From Squalus acanthias (taxonomy: Eukaryota), in assembly GCA_030390025.1 (NCBI GenBank), contig CM059443.1, forward strand, positions 59,458,001-59,522,000: DNA of 64,000 bases, given 5' to 3'. How positions within the stretch are numbered: position 1 is the first letter of the stretch; every line of letters begins with the position of its first letter. The notes below the pieces were generated by a model that did not search any database, was not told the origin of the DNA, and saw nothing but the letters and a program-made list of their open reading frames with translations. Below, in pieces: positions 47,841 through 59,710 of the stretch. Both the position numbers and the translations under genes were made by a program.

Positions 47841-49269
47841 TCCCCCCCTTTGCTGGTGTTCACAAGTATGTTCACAAGCCACCATCCAATCCTCAGTCTC
47901 GCCTTTCTCGCCAAGATCCTTGAATGCATTGTGGCCGCCCAACTATAAGGTCGTCTCTCTCACCCTTCCTTGTGAGAATCCCTTCACTCTAGTTTCCAAA
48001 CAGCTCGTACCGCTGCCCTGGTCAAATTCATCAATAAGAACCTTTGTGATGATGATTGTGGCTCACTACCCTTGCTTGTCAGAGGATCATTAGGAACAGG
48101 ATTAGACCATTCAGCCCCTCAAGCCTGCTCCGCAATTCAATCAGATCATGGTTGATCTGTATCTCAATGTCATTTAGCCGCCTTGAACTTGTCCCCATTC
48201 AACCTTCCTCTGGTTTCAACGCTGACCATTCAATTCTCCTGCCACATATCTCATCTATGGTCCATCTCCACATCACTGTTCTCTCATCTGTTCCACTGCA
48301 GTCAATAAATTATTATATTTGTGATTGTTTTCTGTTCCTGCATTTGATGTCTACTCATTTTTTTAAATTGGAAACCGAATTAATCTCAATGTTGGAATTT
48401 TCACAAGACCCAGTATGCAGACCCAGTATGCATATGAAGCTAGAAGCCATAGCAACTAATTCTGTCCGGGATAAGGTGGCAATTATGCAATTGGCCCCGG
48501 AGGCCACAAAAGGCATTACCAGACAATTCTCTGCATACTCAGGAATTACATACATCTTTTCGAAATGTCTCTGGCCTTAATGCAATTCCGTAATCTCAGT
48601 GAAGAGGAATCAATTTAATTCACGGCTCTTTCTCATGATTATTAAGAACGCCACCTCCATGGCTTGTGAGCCGCGCAGGAGAAACACACTTCACCTTATA
48701 AGAATGTGATAATTCACAATACTAATACAGCACAACCAAAATTCACCAGTCACTTGCCCAGCATTGGTTATTTGCAGGGATATATTCCCCAGTTCACTAA
48801 GTGTATTAATGATAGATGTTGGCTTGAGCATTTTCTGTGTGTGCCTTTTGTAGAGACATGTTTGTATAGAGGCTGTTGGTTTTGGAGACTGGATCTTTTA
48901 TGCAGTTCTGTATTCAATGTACAATTGGTTTGATTCTGTTATCTCTGGTTATCTATTTAAGCAAAGTAAGTTAGCTGCACGTGTAATACTTAGCTGATAT
49001 TTGACAATGTCAAAAGGTCCTCTAAACAACATTGCCAATATGTTCTCCCCTTTATAATCATCATGATTCTTTTTTGATAACATTACTAAAGTGACCAACT
49101 TTACCCCTCCATTGATTTGGTGCTGTCTTTTTATTTATTCCTTTCTCCTTTCCATTATTTTATTTCTCTGTTTATTTGACATTTACTGCCTTCTTTTAAT
49201 TTTTCAGGTTTATTCTCGTGCTTAGATTACATGAAGCTTCTCTACGTTGACCTGTGATGCTGCGCATGA

Positions 49270-50542
49270 AATAAAGAAAAGAAATATCTTGCATTTCTAT
49301 AGCGCCTTTCACAACCTCGGGACATCCCTAAGCGCTTCACAGCCAATGAAGTACTTTTGAAGTGTGGTCACTCTTGTACTGTGGGAAACGCGGCAGCGAA
49401 GTTGGATGTAAAAGATCTCAAGGCACCATTTTGAAGAAGAGCAGATTCTCTGGTCAGTATCACATTGCTGTTTGTGGGAGCTTGCTGTGCGCAAATTGGC
49501 TGCCGCGTTTCCTACATTACAACAGTGACCACACTTCAAAAAGCACTTCATTGGCTGTAAAGAGCTTAGGGATGTCCTGTGGCCATGAAAGATGCTATAT
49601 AAATGCACATCTTTTTTTTAAGAATCATGACTTGTGATCTCATGTTTCCTTTGCTGATGATTAAGATAAATTGACAATCTTAATAAATAATTCCTCCTCC
49701 TTGTTACGCCGTACATCCGTCAATAGGACTAACCTATTTTTTTCTAATATTCATTCTCGGATATGGACGTCACTGGCAAGGCCAGCATTTATTGCTGTTT
49801 GTGGGAGCTTGCTGTGCACAAATTGGCTGCTGCATTTCCTACATTACAACAGTGACGACTTTAAAAGTACTTCATTGGCTGTAAAGCACTTTAGAATGTC
49901 CTGGGGTCATGAAAGGCACTATAGAAATGCAATCCTTTCTTTTCTTTCTTTCATATGGGGCATCATAGGTCTACGTAAACAACCTTCGTATAACCTAAAC
50001 ACACAGTCACAAAGCAAACCAGGGATGTACTTGCGTTACAATAAGAACACAAAACTTCTCTACGTAGACCTGTGATGCCCCATATGATGGAAAGAAAAGA
50101 AAGGCTTTTATTTATATAGCGCCTTTCATGACCTCATGACTTCCCAAAGCGCTTTACAGCCAATAAAGTACTTTTGAAGTGCAGTCACTGTTGTAATGTA
50201 GGAAACGCAGCAGCCAATTTGTGCGCAGCAAGCTCCCACAAACAGTAATGCGATAATGACCAGATAATCTGTTTTTAGTGAGGTTGATTGAGGGATAAAT
50301 ATTGGCTAGGACACCAGGGATAACTCCCCTGCTCTTCTTCGAAATAGTGCCATGGGATCTTTTGTGTCCACTTGAGAGAGCAGACGGGGCCTCGGTTTAA
50401 TGTCTCATCTGAAAGACAGCACCTCCGACAGTACTGCGATAGCATGTTAACCTAGATTTCTGTGCTCAAGTCTCTGGAGTGGGATTTGAACTCACAACCT
50501 TCATAATCTCAGAGAGCGAGGGTGCTACCCACTGAGCCACTG
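49270..50542. mobile_element. Cluster of rearranged SacSINE1-like copies (49270-49615 inverted fusion; 49791-49950 plus strand; 50090-50542 minus strand)
   Basis: Deu core and tail segments in alternating orientation. Confidence 0.85.
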
Positions 50543-51229
50543 AACAGTAAGCCAACAGAGCAGTTCACTGTAAAGACTTGCAACTCCTGGTATGATCTTC
50601 CTGGTTAATCTGTAAGCTGTTGTATGACCCCCAGTATGACTCCCATTCCATTTTCAGTCTGTACCATGTACACTGTACCTTACACATTGTACACTATGAA
50701 TGGAACATATGATGTGTTGTGACCAAAGAATATAAAAGTAACAGTCTATATCCAAAAGAAGTCCACAGTTCAGTACATAGCTACAATAGTCAAATTTTGA
50801 TGGTGTTCCTGCACCATTAGGTGGCTCCATCTAAATCAAGTCCACTCGGATACAATGCTGATGGGTGCAGCTTTATCCTGTGTCCCCATTACTTTCGATA
50901 TCCTCCAATATAAAATTGATCTTCTCCACGCAACGGAGATATATGAACAGCCCGGTTGCATACATATGGTTCATCTGTTTTACACTGAACAAATCAAAGA
51001 GTGATTCTCGCTTCTCCCCCTTTACTCTCTGCCTTCTCACCCATATACCTGCTCCCTGCACCCTCTGGCTCATTCTCCAGTCAGTCGAGAGCCCAAATTC
51101 CATTATGTGAGGTGGTGTCCACCCAAGCCCCTCAGAACTGGTGAAGCAGCTCTATAACTCGAGAAGAGTTTCAAGCCCTCTAATTATGAGGATGTGCCAT
51201 TCCTTTCATCGTTAAACTCTGGCTAACTC

Positions 51230-51395
51230 ACCTGGATATTTTGATAAAAATGAAGGCAAGAGTTTACAAAGCGATGGTTCTCCCCATATTATTATTCAGA
51301 CCTGAGTGTCGGAACATGAGAAAAGTTGATGAGCAAAACATACTAACAGTAGAGATGAGTTGGTTGAGAGGAATACTAGAAGTAGCCAGGATGAT
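51230..51395 (+). mobile_element. Old RTE-clade LINE fragment
   Basis: KARVYKAMVLPILLF.PEC..MRK.DE..ILTVEMSWLRGIL, the RTE post-RT motif. Confidence 0.7.
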
Positions 51396-51759
51396 ATACG
51401 AAGAATATTGCTTGGACAAAAAACTTGTGAATCCCCGATTTTTATTGCTGAGAGCAATCCTACCCAGACCCAACATCTGCCGTGCACTTTTAATGGTGGT
51501 CATTCGACCCCAGTCAAAAGCATGAAATTTGGCCATTATTTTTGTTTCCTTTCAGAAACTCGTAGACCCTGAGGTCAATTGAAGTTGGCCCATTGCTGCA
51601 CTGGCTGCGATCTAATAGCGCTTGTTCAGGCTAGGGGTTGAACCTGGGAGCTTCCTGGCATGCGTGTGTGAGACTTAGTACCAAACCATGCATTGAATTT
51701 ACTCCTAAACCATGATGAAGTTGGGGGTGGGGGGGAGCTGGGAGTGGGGGGGTGGGGGC

Positions 51760-52625
51760 TGTGTAGGCCTTAATTTTGGTATACATTGAAATGCTTTGCC
51801 AGGCTAAAAGGTTTTTTTCAAAGTGAAATAAAGTTGTAACAGGTGGTCTTTCACTGATAAGTGGACATGGAATGTGCTTTACTAAAAGACAGCAAACCTG
51901 GTTGTGACTGCAGGGGGTATTCATAGACAACAGAGATAAATAAACCCCCTTAGATTTGCAGACATATGTCTACAATAAAATAGGCTACAAGATTGTAAAA
52001 CGATTTTTGGTGGCTAAAGGGGAGGAGTCAAACCTTTGAAGTTTTGAAATGCAGGATACGATGTAACACATAAACTGTAAGCAAGTGGTTTTCTGCCACT
52101 TTTGTAAACTTTTAGGAGTGAGTGAACAATTTTGGGGCTTTGATAAAGGCAACGAATGGACAGCCACACAGGATGTGTGAGTGTGAAAGTTTGACAACTC
52201 AAACAACTCAGGTCGAACATTGAAGGAACATCTCACCATTTCTGAATGATTGATTTACTGGAAAAAAAAAACAAGGAAAACTGTATAAAAACCAGTGACG
52301 AAAAATATCGGCACTGCAGTCGGAAGGAAGGGCCTGGTTGATCTTCTCAACTCGGAGAGCTGCAGTCGGAAGGCGAAGAGCTGCAGTTGAAAGGACGTGG
52401 CCGACAATCAACGCTGGACTGATCATCTGTGGGTGGTTGTATGTATGATTTCCTGTAACAATATTGGTGTACTGCCCGAATAGTGGTTGGGGTTTTGAAT
52501 CTGTCTTAGGAACAATAAAAGGTTAAAGACAGAACCCGGTGTGTCTGGTGTCATTTCTCAGAAGTCTCAAGTCCGAACTCTACCACCTGTTGGACGGGGC
52601 GAGGGGTAATTCCATACACCTTACA
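51760..52625 (+). mobile_element. Probable solo LTR
   Basis: TG(TG)TAGG...CCTTACA termini; flanks GGGGC/GGGGA; TATAAAA at 52284-52290; AATAAA at 52514-52519; internal CTGCAGTCGGAAGG repeats. Confidence 0.6.
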
Positions 52626-52789
52626 GGGGAGAGAGTGGAGGAGACAGTAATTAAGGCGAATGCTTGGTGACTATGTTTTAATAGGATTGCAATGGTGACT
52701 CTCACCCCTGAACATAGGATCAGCTGCCGATGCTATGATGAAACTTGCGATTTTTTTAAAGTGTAGAGCTAAGGGATACTGGTTGAGTG

Positions 52790-52960
52790 AAAAGTCAGCC
52801 AGGGTTCTCGCTCTGGATTACTGGAAGGCGTGTGGATGAAGGTGAGGGTGGGATTGGGTGTCAGGAGAGGGCAGGATAGGACTTGGCAGTGATGCATCCT
52901 GTGGTTAAATAGCCTTCCAAAAGGCTCGTACATGAAAAATGGCCAACTGGGTGAGGAACA
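52790..52960 (+). mobile_element. Ancient SINE relic (same family as 33290-34080)
   Basis: AAAAGTCAGCCAGGGTTC..AATAGCCT..AGGCTCGTACATGAAAAATGGCCA. Confidence 0.5.
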
Positions 52961-53009
52961 TGTGGGTGCTTTGCCTTGTGCTGAGGCCATGAAAGGCGCT
53001 ATATGAATT

Positions 53010-53136
53010 ATTCTTTCTTTCCTTCTTTTTCTTCCTTCTTTCTTGTCTTTCCTTCTTTCCTCCTCCTTTCTTTCATTCCTCCGTTCTTTCCTTCTTTCTT
53101 GTCTTTTTTTCTTTCCTTTTTTTTTTCTTTCCTTCT
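53010..53136. repeat. Pyrimidine-rich (CTTT/CTT)n tract
   Basis: Direct inspection. Confidence 0.85.
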
Positions 53137-53232
53137 CATAGAATTGCGTCTCAGTAAAGATCTATTGCCCTCAGGAAAATAGGGCAGGAACACTAGAGAG
53201 GGGGGAAAAAGTGATAGGCTGACAAGGGATGT

Positions 53233-53825
53233 CATAGAATCATAGAAAGTTACAGCACGGAAGGAGGCCATTTCGGCCCATCGTGTCCGCGCCGGCCAAC
53301 AAAGAGCTATCCAGCCTAATCCCACTTCCCAGCTCTTGGTCCGTAGCCCTGCAGGTTACAGCATCACAAGTGCACACACAAGTACTTTTTAAATATGGTT
53401 AGGGTTCCTGCCTCTACCACCCTTTCAGGCAGTGAGTTCCAGACCCCCACAACCCTCTGGTGAAGACATTTTCCCTCAAATCCCCTCTAAACCTTCCACC
53501 AATTACTTTAAATCTGTGCCCCCTGGTTTTTGACCCCTCTGCTAAGGGAAATAGGTCCTTTCTATCCACTTTATCTATGCCCCTCATAATTTTATACACC
53601 TCAATAAGATCTCCCCTCAGCCTCCTCTGTTCCAAGGAAAACAGATTCAGCCTATCCAGTCTTTCCTCATAGCTAAGATTCTCTACTCCCCACAACATCC
53701 TTGTAAATCTCCTCTGTACCCTCTCAAGTACAATCACATCTTTCCTGTAATGTGGTGACCAGAACTGCATGCAGTACTCTAGCTGAGGCCTAACTAGTGT
53801 TTTATACAGTTGAAGCATAACCCCC
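53233..53825 (-). mobile_element. CR1 family C 3' fragment
   Basis: LYKTLVRPQLEYCMQFWSPHYRKD..RRLRGDLIE. Confidence 0.93.
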
Positions 53826-55030
53826 CCCTGTTCTTGTAATGTATTTATGGATGTATTTGAAAGGAAACAGCACTCAGTAGGTTAATATTGGTCTCACTGC
53901 TTAGCTTGGGCTGAAAAAAATGTGACGCTGTATAAGTCAGGGTGGAATGATCTCGGCAGCTGACTGGTGGGCACACGAGACTTGTCGCAGCGCTTGTACT
54001 GTGGGCACGGTGCTGGATTTCTGCTGGCTGTTATCTCACCAGTCGACCAGAAGTTAGGTCATGGTAGCCTAGGAACCCGAAATTGTAGCTCGACCGAGTG
54101 TGCAAATTGGAAGCCCACAGCTTCCTGGAGCAGAAGGCCATTAGTGTTGAGGAAGAATCAGTGCTCCCTCCTGTGACTGCCAACAAAATGGGTCCGGCGC
54201 CGGAATATGTCACCCTGGTTCTGGGCTGCACCACTCGACATGGGCAGACTCGAAATGATCCATCTGAAATGCATTCGAAGCGGAGAGAAATTAGCTGCGT
54301 GAAAGACACATGCCATCAATTTCCACCAGGGCTGCTTTTAGACAATGAGGATAAGCTGCGATATTAAAAGAAAGCAAAAAAAAAATAAAAAAAATAAACG
54401 TAACTGCAAATGGCGAGTGCTTAGAAGAACAGCTTAAAAAAAATTCCATAGAAGCATTGTGCCTTGGTGCGCGAATAATCTGCAATAATATACATTGCTC
54501 TCCTGGAGATCAGTGCCCTGGACTGGGACATTATTATTATGATCTGTTCCTTCAGCAAGCTCCCCACTGTGCACTGTGTTTTCTGCCTTGGCTTTTGATA
54601 TGATTTAACAGTCTGCAAACTGAAGTCTTTTGAGCAAGTGGAAGTTCTGGGGATTGCCGGATGCGAATCGCCAATCTCTTTTGCAATTTACAGCGCGCAC
54701 GTGGCAAAGCCCCTCAATAATCCAGCTCAGATTATGCAAGAAGTGTACGTTTGTCGGCATCTTTGCTTGTTTTTTTTTTTGTCTTTCTCTTGTCCGTGGG
54801 ACTGATCTTGTGCACATCTAGGTGAGAGGCTGCAGTGTCGGGAATGGAATATTTCCCTGCTTTTTGTACAGTGTCAGCATCGAGAGATGCCCGGTTAAAT
54901 ACAACTGGGGTCGATATACGGTAAAGCCCCAACAATGAGGGAGGCAGAATTACTCTGGTGGGGAGACATTGTAGATATATTTCTGAAGGTCTCCTCTGTT
55001 CTATATTTCTAGTGAAACATGTCCTTTTGG

Positions 55031-55203
55031 AATAAAAACAGAAAATGCTGGAAATACTCAGCAGGTCAGTTCTGACGAAGGGTCATCGACCTGAAACGTT
55101 AACTCTGTTTCTCTCTCCACAGATGCTGCCTGACCTGCTGAGTATTTCCAGCATTTTCTGTTTTTATTTCAGATTTCCAGCATCCGCAGTATTTTGCTTT
55201 TGT
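55031..55203 (+). mobile_element. Penelope-like foldback mini-element
   Basis: Perfect 39-bp inverted repeat (55031-55069 / 55130-55168); flanking direct repeat ATGTCCTTTTGGAATA at 55019-55034 and 55204-55219. Confidence 0.82.
55068..55104 (+). ncRNA. Minimal type I hammerhead ribozyme motif
   Basis: AGTT-CTGACGA-A-GGGTC atc GACCT-GAAACGTT-AACT. Confidence 0.78.
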
Positions 55204-55225
55204 ATGTCCTTTTGGAATATGTTTA

Positions 55226-55710
55226 CAGCCCGTATCCTAACTCACACCAAATCCCATTCACCCATCGCCCCTGTGCTCCCTGACCTACATTGGCTCCTGG
55301 TCCAGCAACGCCTCGATTTTAAAGTTCTCATCCTCGTTTTCAAATCCCTCCATGACTTCGCCCCTCCCTATCTCTGTAACCTCCTCCAGCCCTACAACCC
55401 TCCGAGATCTCTGCATTCCTCCAATTTTGGCCTTTTGCGCATCCCCGATTTTAATCGCTCCACCATTGGCGGCCGTGCCTTCAGCTGCCCAGGCCCTTAG
55501 CTCTGGAATTCCCTCCCCAAATCCCTCCACCTCTCTCTCCTCCTTTAAGACGCTCCTTAAAACCTACCTCCTTGACAGAGCTTTTGGCCAACTATCCTAA
55601 TATCTCCTTATGTGGCTCGGGGTCAAAACTTTGTTTAATAGTTGCTCCTGTGAAGCACCTTGGGACATTTTACAGTGTTAAAGGAGCTGTATAAATGCAA
55701 GTTGTTGTTT
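55226..55710 (+). mobile_element. L2-clade LINE 3' fragment
   Basis: PIAPVLPDLHWLLVQQRLDFK..IGGRAFS; (TTG) tail. Confidence 0.9.
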
Positions 55711-56407
55711 TTCAAGAACGACTGGAAAGAGGAAACCTTCACACAGGCATGCATGGTATTACTACATGTAGTGGCCAATGGAACTCTTGTCCAACATGCC
55801 TTGAATCAAACCTCAGAAGAGCAACCCTAGCCACAGTGTGAGCCTGAGTGAACTTTGGTGGTGCCCCTCCGTTTGAAGGAACGGCTTCCATTGAGTCTAT
55901 AATTGAGTGAATTCTCATTGGTGTTGTATTTACCCCCATTATACTGCCGTCCAGATTCAATAAAATGGGCCTCATAAAGAAAGAGAGACATTCATTTCTA
56001 TAGCGCCTTTCACGGCCTCAGGACGTCCCGAAGCGTTTTACCGCCAGTGAATTACTTAAAAAAAAAATATATTCTGCTAATCAAGATTTGCGCATGGGTA
56101 GTCTCCACAAAGCTGCTGGAAGTCTCATCGATAGTGGCGTAAGGTCAGAAATAGCAAAAGTCCATCACTAGCCTCTACAGGCAGGGCTCAGAGCTCAAGC
56201 TGCCCATGGCCAGAACCCAGACTTGACGTATTACTGCCGAGATCTATTTAGCTTTACACCAGTGATATCAGAGGCACCCAGTGCAATTCCTCCCTTTTGG
56301 GGGGAATTCAGTGCTTCTAACGTTAGTTGGTACTGGATTGTTTAAACTACAAGAGGCCCCTTAAAGAACTGAGGGCTCAAAGTTGCAATGTGTGAGAGGT
56401 TTGGAAG

Positions 56408-56987
56408 TAACAACACCAACAACAACAACTTGTATTTGTGTTGCGCCTTTAACATAGTAAAACATCCCAAGGCGCTGCACAGGAATATTATAAGACAAAG
56501 AATTTGACACCGATCCACATAAGGAGAAATTAGGACAGCTGACCAAAAGCTTGGTCAAAGAGGTAGGTTTTAAGGAGCGTCTTAAAGGAGGAGAGAGAGG
56601 TAGAGAGGCGGAGAGGTTTAGGCAGGAAATTCCAGAGCTTGGGGCCTAGGTAATAGAAGGCACGGCCACCAATGGTGGAGCGATTATAATCAGGGATGCT
56701 CAAGAGGGCAGAATTAGAGGAGCGCAGATTTCTTGGGGGGTTGTGGGGCTGGAGGAGATTACAGAGATAGGGAGGGGCGAGGGATTTGAAAACAAGGATG
56801 AGAATTTTGAAATTGTGGCGTTGCTTAACCGGGAGCCAAAGTAGGTCAACGAGCACAGGGGTGATGGGTGAACGGGACTTGGTGCGAGTTGGGACACGGG
56901 CAGCTGAGTTTTGTATGACCTCAAGTTTACGTAGGGTAGAATGTGGGAGGCCAGCCAGGAGTGCATTGGAATAATCAAGTCTAGAGT
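56408..56987 (-). mobile_element. L2-clade LINE 3' fragment
   Basis: [30 protein letters not shown]; (CAA)n on the plus strand. Confidence 0.9.
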
Positions 56988-57270
56988 CTTCTTCTTCTTA
57001 GTCAGTCCCTCGGAACTGAGGATGACTTGCTTCCACATTAAAAATGAGTTCTCAGGTGACTGATGAGTCCAATGCGGGACCTACAGTCTCTGTCACAGGT
57101 GGGGCAGACGATGGTTGAAGGGGCGGGTGGGTGGGGTGCTTGGGTTGACGTGCGCTCCTTGCGCTGCCTGCACTTGGCTTCCGCTTTCTCCCGGCGAAGA
57201 GACTCGAGGTGTTCGGCGCCTTCCCGGATGCTTCTTTGTGCGGTCTTGGGCCAGGGATTCCCAGGTGTCC
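56988..57270 (-). mobile_element. RTE-clade (BovB-like) short 3' fragment nested in L2
   Basis: Same family as 19285-19848; 12-bp TSD CAAGTCTAGAGT at 56976-56987 and 57271-57282. Confidence 0.9.
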
Positions 57271-57415
57271 CAAGTCTAGAGTAACAGTGAAAACACTCTG
57301 CAGGGTCAGGGACTCAGAATGACAGTGTCCTGTAGTTTTGTGAACTCGGGAATTAGAATCCCAGAGCTCCAAAGGGTAGGGAAATATGGCAGTCAGAGCT
57401 GCAGTGCTTTGTAGC

Positions 57416-57900
57416 GTCACCAAGTCCCGTTCACCCATCACCCCTATGCTTACTGACTGACATTGGCTCCCATTCCACCAATACCTCAAGTTTAAAATTC
57501 TCATCCTCGTGTTCAACTCCTTTGATATCCTCGCTCCTCCCTATCTCTATAACCTCCTGCAGCCCTACAACCTTCTGAGATCTTTGCGTTCCTCCAACTC
57601 AGGCTGCTTGTGCTTCCCCCATTTCCTTCGCCCCACCATTTGGCAGCCGTGCCTTCACAGCAGTCAAGGCTCTAAGCTCGGGAATTCGCTACCCAAATCT
57701 CTCCGTATCTCCACCTCTCTCTCCTCCTTTAAGATGCTGCTTAAAGCCTTTTCCTTCTGACAATGCGTTTGACCGCTTGTCCTAATGTCTCCTTCTTTGG
57801 CTCAGTGTCAGTCTTTTTTTTTGTCTGATTACACTCCTGTGAAGCGTTCAGGGAGATTTTACTATGTTAAAGGCACCACATGAGCACCAGTTGTTAGTGT
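57416..57900 (+). mobile_element. L2-clade LINE 3' fragment (older)
   Basis: Colinear with 12300-12776. Confidence 0.85.
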
Positions 57901-58871
57901 TAGTGTCGAGAACTCAGCTTTGGAATCGCAGTTTCTTGAGTCACCAAGAGCTCAGGATTGAGAGTTACAGAACTCACACCATTCTGTTGGGTGATGGGCT
58001 CAGGAGTCACAGCACTCTGTAAATTGGGGTTTAGAAGTCAGAGTCATAGACATATGCAGGGCTGCAGTGGAACGCGGAACCCAGCAGGGTTGTGTGCTCC
58101 AATGCGTTAAATGTCATATTGATTGTATCACAGGCAGACCTATTGGGCTCATCCGACATGTAACTCATGAAATATTAACACATATGATAAATGTCATGAA
58201 TCTGTCATTCATGACTTATGAAATAATACTGAGTGGCCTGCGGGTGGCGCTGTCCAGGGAGAGTATAAATACTTGGGCACGGGCCCAGCTTGCGCAGGAC
58301 ATTCTTAACCGGAACTAGAAAAAAGGACACAACTAGATCTCCATGTTGTAAAACAGTTGATTAAAGCTTTGTTTAACGCTTAGACCAAGTGCCCAGTAGT
58401 TTTCTTATGTCAATAACCATAGGCACCAGTTTAACACTATAGGCCTTAATTGAGGAACACTTAATTATGATCTTACATAGCGTAGTAGAAGCAGACCATT
58501 GGTCGATCTAACCCAATCTTTCAAATATCCCATCAGATTCCTTACTGTGGTTCTGGATCTAATAGTCCTGAATCCCATTTACTAACTAAGTTGTCTTGAT
58601 TACATATTTACAGCACAGAAACAGGCCATTCAGCCCAGCTGTTCTATGCTGGTGTTTCGGCTCCAGACACGCCTCCTCCCACACTACTTCATGTATTGCT
58701 ATCAACATATCCGTCTATTCCTTTCTCCCTCATGCACTTATCTAGCTTTCCATTAAAGGCATCTCTGGTATTCGCCTCAACGACTCGTTGTGGTAGCGAG
58801 TTCCATATTCTAACCACTCTCTGGCTGAAGAAGTTTCTCCTGAATTCCTTATTGGATTGATCAGTAACTAT

Positions 58872-59710
58872 GGGGGTGATTTTGCCAATGGGGAGCTTGT
58901 GGAGGCGGGACTCCCACTTGTCAGGTTTCAGTCCCGCCTCCATCAACTTCTGGCCAACCCATGCTATTTTCCCTTGATTGACATTGTTAAGCCCGCCCAG
59001 CGGGCTTAGCAGGCCAATTAAGGGAAAGCCAGTTGCAGAGAACGTCAACGTATGACGTTTCATCTGTCAAAAATTTTTGACAGATGAATTGTCATCGTTT
59101 GACAGCTCTGTGAAGCTGTCATTGACATTCTCTGTAGTTTGGTGAGGTCTCAAGACCTCATCAAATTTCTTTATTTTGCAGAAATTAGATGGTTGTTGCA
59201 TTGGAGAATGCAGCGGCCATCTGTCATCTCTACCGCGGAGGTGCGAGACTCTCCGCATACCCACCGACTGAAGCCTACCGGAAGAAACAAAGGTAAGTAC
59301 ACTTTTTCTAACACTTTGCACTTACCTCAGATACTCACCTCTCCACTCTTGCACCCATCACTCACCTCCACACCACACTTTTGGACTCCTCCCCCGACCC
59401 CCGCAGACCCAGTACTCGCCTCGCTGACCCTGGCGGGTTTCGGAGCCTTTGGGAAGCCCGCACTTGTGAGGGCAAAAAGGGGATAATCCTATTTTCTGCC
59501 TGTTAACTACCTGTTAACAGGAAGTTAATTGGCTTTAATCCCTTCCCGCCTCCAAGGAGACGGGACCCGGCGCGGGACGGCTACCCACCTCCTGGCAAGA
59601 TGTCATGGAGGTGGGTTGGGGGCGGGTTGGGCACCTGCCCCCAAATTCTGCCATTTTCCCAGCAGTCCCGCCTCCATACCCGCCTCCCCAGGGCTGGCAA
59701 AATCGCCCCC
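58872..59710. mobile_element. Harbinger-type non-autonomous element inserted in a CR1 tail (58600-59735, minus strand)
   Basis: GGGGGTGATTTTGCCA / TGGCAAAATCGCCCCC TIRs; close copy at 62262-63061. Confidence 0.85.

Noticed and set aside
48056-48580. 174-aa plus-strand ORF
   Set aside because: Starts in L2/CR1 debris without a proper ATG; the remainder has no recognisable homology.
53008-53325. Lys/Glu-rich ORF
   Set aside because: Translation of a pyrimidine microsatellite plus a CR1 tail.
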